The notes beneath the pieces were generated by a model. That model was given only the letters and a program-made list of their open reading frames with translations, was not told the origin of the DNA and did not search any database. DNA of 64,000 nt, from assembly GCF_036365525.1 (NCBI RefSeq), contig NC_090421.1, forward strand, positions 2,993,327 to 3,057,326, in the 5' to 3' direction. Both the position numbers and the translations under genes were made by a program. The DNA is from Heterodontus francisci (lineage: Eukaryota). Below are positions 58,530-64,000 of this stretch, piece by piece; within the stretch, counting starts at the first letter, position 1, and each line of letters opens with the position of its first letter.

Positions 58530-60442
58530 AATATTTAATGACACTTTTATTGCAGTGTATCCAGTAAAAAAAAACACATTGAATTAACAATAGAACCTCC
58601 ACTAACACATCCACAGTTTGTTATCTTACAAACATTAGCCTGTATTGACAAATTTTGATGCATTGATTTAAAATGCAAGACAATATTTATTTTGGTAAAT
58701 TAAAAAGGGTCGTCCTCCTCTCCTAAATCATTCTTCTTGTTAAAGCCACTCAGATCTGATCACTGGTGTGTTTGTGACTCCAAGCTGCTTCCTGTGCCAC
58801 ACTGGCACTGAAAAACTCAGCCATCACTCTGCGGGGTTTGTCGAAAAAAAAAGCACAGCAAAAGCTGCAAAGTAACATTCTACAGCAATATTAAACAATT
58901 AACATGAAATCAAATCCAAATCAGTGGGTGCCTCAGCCAACAAAAAACCGCGAAAGACAAAAAACCTCATTGGCTTTTCTGCCATGTATCAGTTCCGGCA
59001 CCCATTATAGTCAATCACTTCAATTGACAGCAAGAAAAGCCTTTCACCACTGGATGTATTCTACATGTTCCCAGCAATTAGCACCTCCCCCATAACATGC
59101 AAATACTCCAGGATGTCAGTTTTGATGATTCCAGAGTGCTGGTGGGTGTTGTCTTTTCCTCCCTCCCAAAAGGTGACAACTCTTGCTGGGTTAGTTTCAC
59201 ATGCCCACCCTCCAGTGCCTCACGCAAGAAATCATTCCTCCCACACAGGAATTTCAAATCAAGTGGAAACACTGGTTGTTTTCCTTGGTCTTATTTGTAG
59301 CCCAGAAGACAGATACCAGTTATTGTACCCCCTTCCTTTCCTGCGCGCAGCCCACCCACCCCCCAATCCCTGTAATGAGATCAGCTGGCACACCACTGAC
59401 CAATGGTTGAACCGGAGATCTTCCCGATCTGTGGCTCAGTTCCATACCAAGTGGTATAACCACCAACTGAACCATCAGGGTTTAAGAGAAAGTATCAGCT
59501 CATTCAATTTTCATCAAATTTTTTTACCCCTTAAATTTCTAGCACCTCATGGTAGACTCCAAATGCCAGAGTATCACTGATGCCATGATACTGGCACTGA
59601 AAAATCAATAACGTAATTGCTGCTACTTTAGTTTATTCAGTGCTAAACCACAGTTGACTACCATGAAACAGCATAGCCAAAATGATAACAAACGTATCAC
59701 CAGGAGATCAGTATGACGCATCATCTTCAGTTCTCATACTTTTACAAATTCCATTACTGTATTATGACTGGCCAACATGGCATTACAAAAATTAAAAAGA
59801 TCAGTCCATTCGAGAGATTGATGTAAATTGTAAATCTTTTAATAAAGTAAACAATGTTACATAGACAAAGTCACTTTATTTAAAATGATATCCAGTTTGC
59901 AATTTTGATATCAATGCTATTGTATTTCGGTGATCTCCAGCACAGCCAGAGGATCCATTGGTCCCAACTCCATCCCAGCTCTTCCAGCCTGCACACATGT
60001 ATTACACAGCAAGCATGAGTCAGTGTAATATAGAAACACCCGAATCAAATTCATTATACATAGAATAATGACTTGGCTGTTAACAGTGTAGGCACAAGAG
60101 TGGCATAGTACTAGTGCTATACTCAGGCATGCTCAGAAGTAAAACATGGCTAGAGTGAATTCCTGGAGAGCAACCATTACTTTGGATAATATAGCAGTAC
60201 TTTGCCACTCACCCATCTTCTCCCGCCCAAAAAGCTAAAGAAAAACCAACAGATATACAAAAAAGAACAGTGGACACATTCAGTCATATATTCATGCCAG
60301 TTACAAGGGCATCATGTTGAAAGTGTGCTGAGGAAACTTGTAGAATATACAATGTAGTGAGCAACTCACTGCAAATTTAAAAATATCCTAATACTCATCA
60401 GTCATGTGATGCAAGAACCAACATGCATCTGCTTAGGTCATA

Positions 60443-60482
<40 letters not shown>

Positions 60483-63300
60483 TGACATCATTGGTGTCAG
60501 TGAGCTTGGCAAATCTTCCAGAGAACGAATGCCTGAATATTGGGAAATTTCCATGAGCATAACTTCCATAGACAACACACACACAAATAATAAAATGGTT
60601 GTCTAAAGTTCAAACGTGGCTCAGGTGAACTCTGAAACTGTGAGTGAAGTGAGACAGCAATTCAGATTTGGGTTTCCTTTCCCATTAAATCTGAGTTCTG
60701 CTAATCAGAGGCAATCATTTCCTTAAGCTCAGGCATTTCTTACTTTTTACAATAGCAGTTTCATAAAAACACAAATAAGCTGAGAACCATAGAGGCTGAA
60801 AAAGGGACTAATAACAGGTGAATGACATATACTGAAGGTTATAACATCACCTGACTGGTACTGCAGTACCACTTCCCCTTTCTGTATACATATAGAAAAA
60901 GGGATTTGACAGGAAACATCATTTTTTTGGCGGGGGAAAGAAATGAAAAATTCAAGTTTCTCCCAAAAGATTGCTTGGGTGAACTCTTTCCTCAGACGGG
61001 AGGCTCTTAGTTTTGCTATCCTAAAGCCAGGCCTGCTACAGCAGGCTTCCCAGTCAGACACATTGATTATGTATTTAATGGATCTACTTCAAAAACTTAG
61101 TACCAGCTAGGATTAAAGTTGAGCTGTAGCCAGCCTTGAATTAGAATACATGCTCTCACTGGGTCTTCTCTGGCTAGATTTTTTAAAAATGGATAATACA
61201 GGCCTCTACAAAGCTATTTCTTTGCAGGCAGGATACATACCAAATTAAGAAGGGTTTTGAGGAGATTACTTCACAGTACATTTTGCTCTCCCCAAGGACA
61301 ACTTTGCCCTTTTAAGGATACAAACAGTCCACAGCTTTGAGGGATTTGTGCACCATTTCTGCTGAGCTCATTTCAACCAACTGGTGTGGTCTGTAGCGAT
61401 ACAGTTCTAGTCATCTCATCGGCACTGGTGAAAATCACAATAGTAAAATGTATACAGTTTGAGCCACACTACTTACAGAATACAAATGCCCTCAACTACA
61501 CCAGTGTCTCGTAACTCCCTCCCACCTCTCCACTAAACCATCCACAAACCAGCCTAGCAGCATCACTTCTATTTACAGTTCAAGATAGAGCATGGGGCTT
61601 GCTACATCACCCAAGGCTATACCATACTTGTACCTCCATAAATCTGAAAGTGGGGGAAGTGATTATGGAATCTCATCACTGGGAGGCTGTATATTTCAGG
61701 GAACCTTGGTCCTTTACAGTGTATTCCTTTTCTACTCCATATATTGAAGATTAAATTAGTTAAGAAACAAACATTGTGACACTGGTGAACCTGGTTGCCA
61801 GAAGACCATGGCATGCAAGAAAAAAGAATCCCCAAGTTCACATGAGGAGGGAAAGGTAGATTACAACGTACTTTCATAATTAGTGTTCAGGGCAAAACCA
61901 TTTAAAGTGCAGCCTTCAATAGAAATAGAAGTGGAACAAGTGGACGGCACCAAACTCTGGTCAAGGGTCACATGGTTTCAGGTTATCTCCTACAACCCCC
62001 TACAGTTTGTCAGCAATAGCACTGCCAGATGAAAATTTTCAGCCAGCTTTAAAAAAAGAATTGTTTGTGGGTCAGATAGTATGGAACTCACTCTAGTCTA
62101 TAATTTTTTGTAGAAAAAACCCTTTGAAGAGTCCAGACTAATATCTTTATGAGCATTCCACATTAGGGACCTTTCTATAGACTTCAAATTCCAGAAATTA
62201 ACAAACTGGATGCCAAGGTCACATCCTTATACAAATGTGACTTACAAACAATTCTCTTTCACCAATGTACAAACCCATTGTTGCTGTATAAACTGTGTTC
62301 GAAAATAAATCCTGCTCAGTTTAACTGACATCATTTAAAAAATAAAATCCCTCCCAGAGTCCCTGCTATAACCTCAAGAACCAAATAGGCAAATCACTGT
62401 GTTAACAGGGTCTCGGAGGTTAACAGTTGAAGTCTCCAGATCAGGTAGTATTGGTGACAAATGGAGTATCGACCACTTAGGATAGTAAAGAACTTGGCAG
62501 CTGATACATAATTACATCAAAGATTACAAGAAAACATCAAGAGCGTCAGCTCACTTAAGCAGTATGGATGATAACATTCCTTCAACAAACCCCAGTACCC
62601 CAGTACTTAAAACTATGCCAATTTAATTCAGACTTTTACCTAGCTCTTTGCCACAGACATTTTTTAAGACAATGAGCGGTAATGTGCAGCACCAGGTTGG
62701 AGATTTAATCCACCTGCCAGCCTTCATCAATTTGATGCAAGAAGTCATCAGGCTGTGGGTCACCCTGTCTGGGGTAGGGAGAGGTAGGAATGTATAGAGC
62801 AGCAGTACCCCATACCTCCCAGCAGCTAATGGCATTGTTGGAGGGCTGCAATCAGTTACTCAAAAGGTCTCCCATTTTCACATAATGGGATTGGGGAGGG
62901 ATGAGGAGAAGAAAAAAAAAAAAAAGAGATTCAAGTAATAGAGGTAAGCAACAATCCCTTACCTCACCCAAGTGTTCAGACGTCACCCGTGTGCCAATTG
63001 ACCTAAAATGATGGGTTTGGTGCTTGAACAACTTGGACACTATGTTTGGTTAGAAGAGTCATGTTTACTTTGAAGCACAGGACAGCACAAAGATAAAGAT
63101 CAAGCCAACAATAGCAGAGGGTAAAAGGGAGATAACTGAACAAATGCCCACATAAAAATACCAAAACCCTTACATCCCATCTTCGACATTGTTGCATGGT
63201 GATTTAGTGTACTGACCCTGTACATTAGCTGTGTACTACTGGCCATCTTTAAAATCATGCTTTCAAACACTCCATATTCAGTGAACAAGATGCTTCTGTC
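58530..63300 (-). other. Possible long 3'UTR of a convergent gene whose coding exons lie right of the window
   Basis: TE-poor, AT-rich unique sequence with minus-strand AATAAA at 58546-58551 and 59875-59880. No coding exon is visible. Confidence 0.35.
60445..60478 (+). repeat. (CA)n microsatellite
   Basis: Visible dinucleotide run. Confidence 0.9.
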
Positions 63301-63789
63301 ATTTGGACTAGGTTTACCACAGCGAAAGAAACATGAAAGCTTACTTAAGAGTAACCCTCAGAGACAAATGCTTTCTCTCTGGCAACAGCAGAAAGGTCTC
63401 AAGAGGGTAGGTGGGTCTGATAGCTGTCGGAGAGTCCAGTGGTGGTGATTTGATATCAGAGCAATTAAAACCAAAGGAAGTCCCAGGTTTGATCCCTGCT
63501 CTGTGGTAATCTGGCTGAGATTAGCCAACTCATGAGAGAGAGCACTGGTTTGAGTTTCCAGGCTAGAGGGGGAAAGCAGGGTTTCCTGCTCCCAACTCCT
63601 ATTCCAGTGCCCCCTGCATGCGGACAACAGTGAAGGGAGGAGGGGAGGAGAGCAATGCAGCTGAGCCCAAAGGTTCAGGCAAGAATTGGGCCTGCGTGAG
63701 CAATGTCCTAAAGGGCTGCTAATGCCCACGGAACAGTACCCCAGCAAGAGTCAGCAGCTTCAGGAGAGAATAAATAGCGGTTTGCGGGT

Positions 63790-63811
63790 GGGGGGGGGGG
63801 GGGGGGGGGGG
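63790..63811 (+). repeat. Poly-G run (22 G)
   Basis: Visible homopolymer. Confidence 0.9.
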
Positions 63812-64000
63812 TGTGGGGGTGATAAAATATGGACAAGGTCGCTCCGAATGTCAGCTACAGACTGACCATTTGAACGCAGGCTTCCCAAAACACAGCGGCA
63901 GTGCAAGGAGCACAATCCCACTCACCCTCCCATTCTCTCAGCTGCAGCCTAACAGAATGACTGGGTGGATACAAAGAGGATTTTAGTCTCACAAAAATTT

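Noticed and set aside
63790-63811. Poly-G run as a functional G-quadruplex element
   Set aside because: A simple homopolymer with no supporting context; its length may be unreliable.

Overview
Vertebrate genomic DNA. The repeat families (CR1, L2, Deu-type SINEs, Penelope, RTE, a ~70-bp tandem repeat) point to a cartilaginous fish (shark); this is an inference. The + strand carries the last 15 coding exons of BAZ2A/TIP5 (722-44971; WHIM motifs, AT-hook, PHD, bromodomain), joined by phase-consistent GT-AG junctions, followed by a ~4-kb 3'UTR. Next comes the small gene COX14 (58 aa, below the ORF-track cutoff), and probably the long 3'UTR of a convergent gene at the right end. The standout feature is in one BAZ2A intron: two full-length Tx1-clade non-LTR retrotransposons with intact ORFs sit head-to-tail at one position of the ~70-bp tandem repeat. 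Around them are seven A-tract/target junctions that all restart at (C)GGG(GG)TT. This looks like a sequence-specific, satellite-targeting retrotransposon that regenerates its own target; I do not recognise this target among described Tx1 targets. Other notable items are TSD-flanked palindromic Penelope mini-elements with hammerhead-ribozyme motifs plus their autonomous partner, a CR1 with a fold-back inverted duplication, a solo LTR next to a splice donor, and a G-rich minisatellite abutting a splice acceptor. Boundaries of old repeats are approximate.
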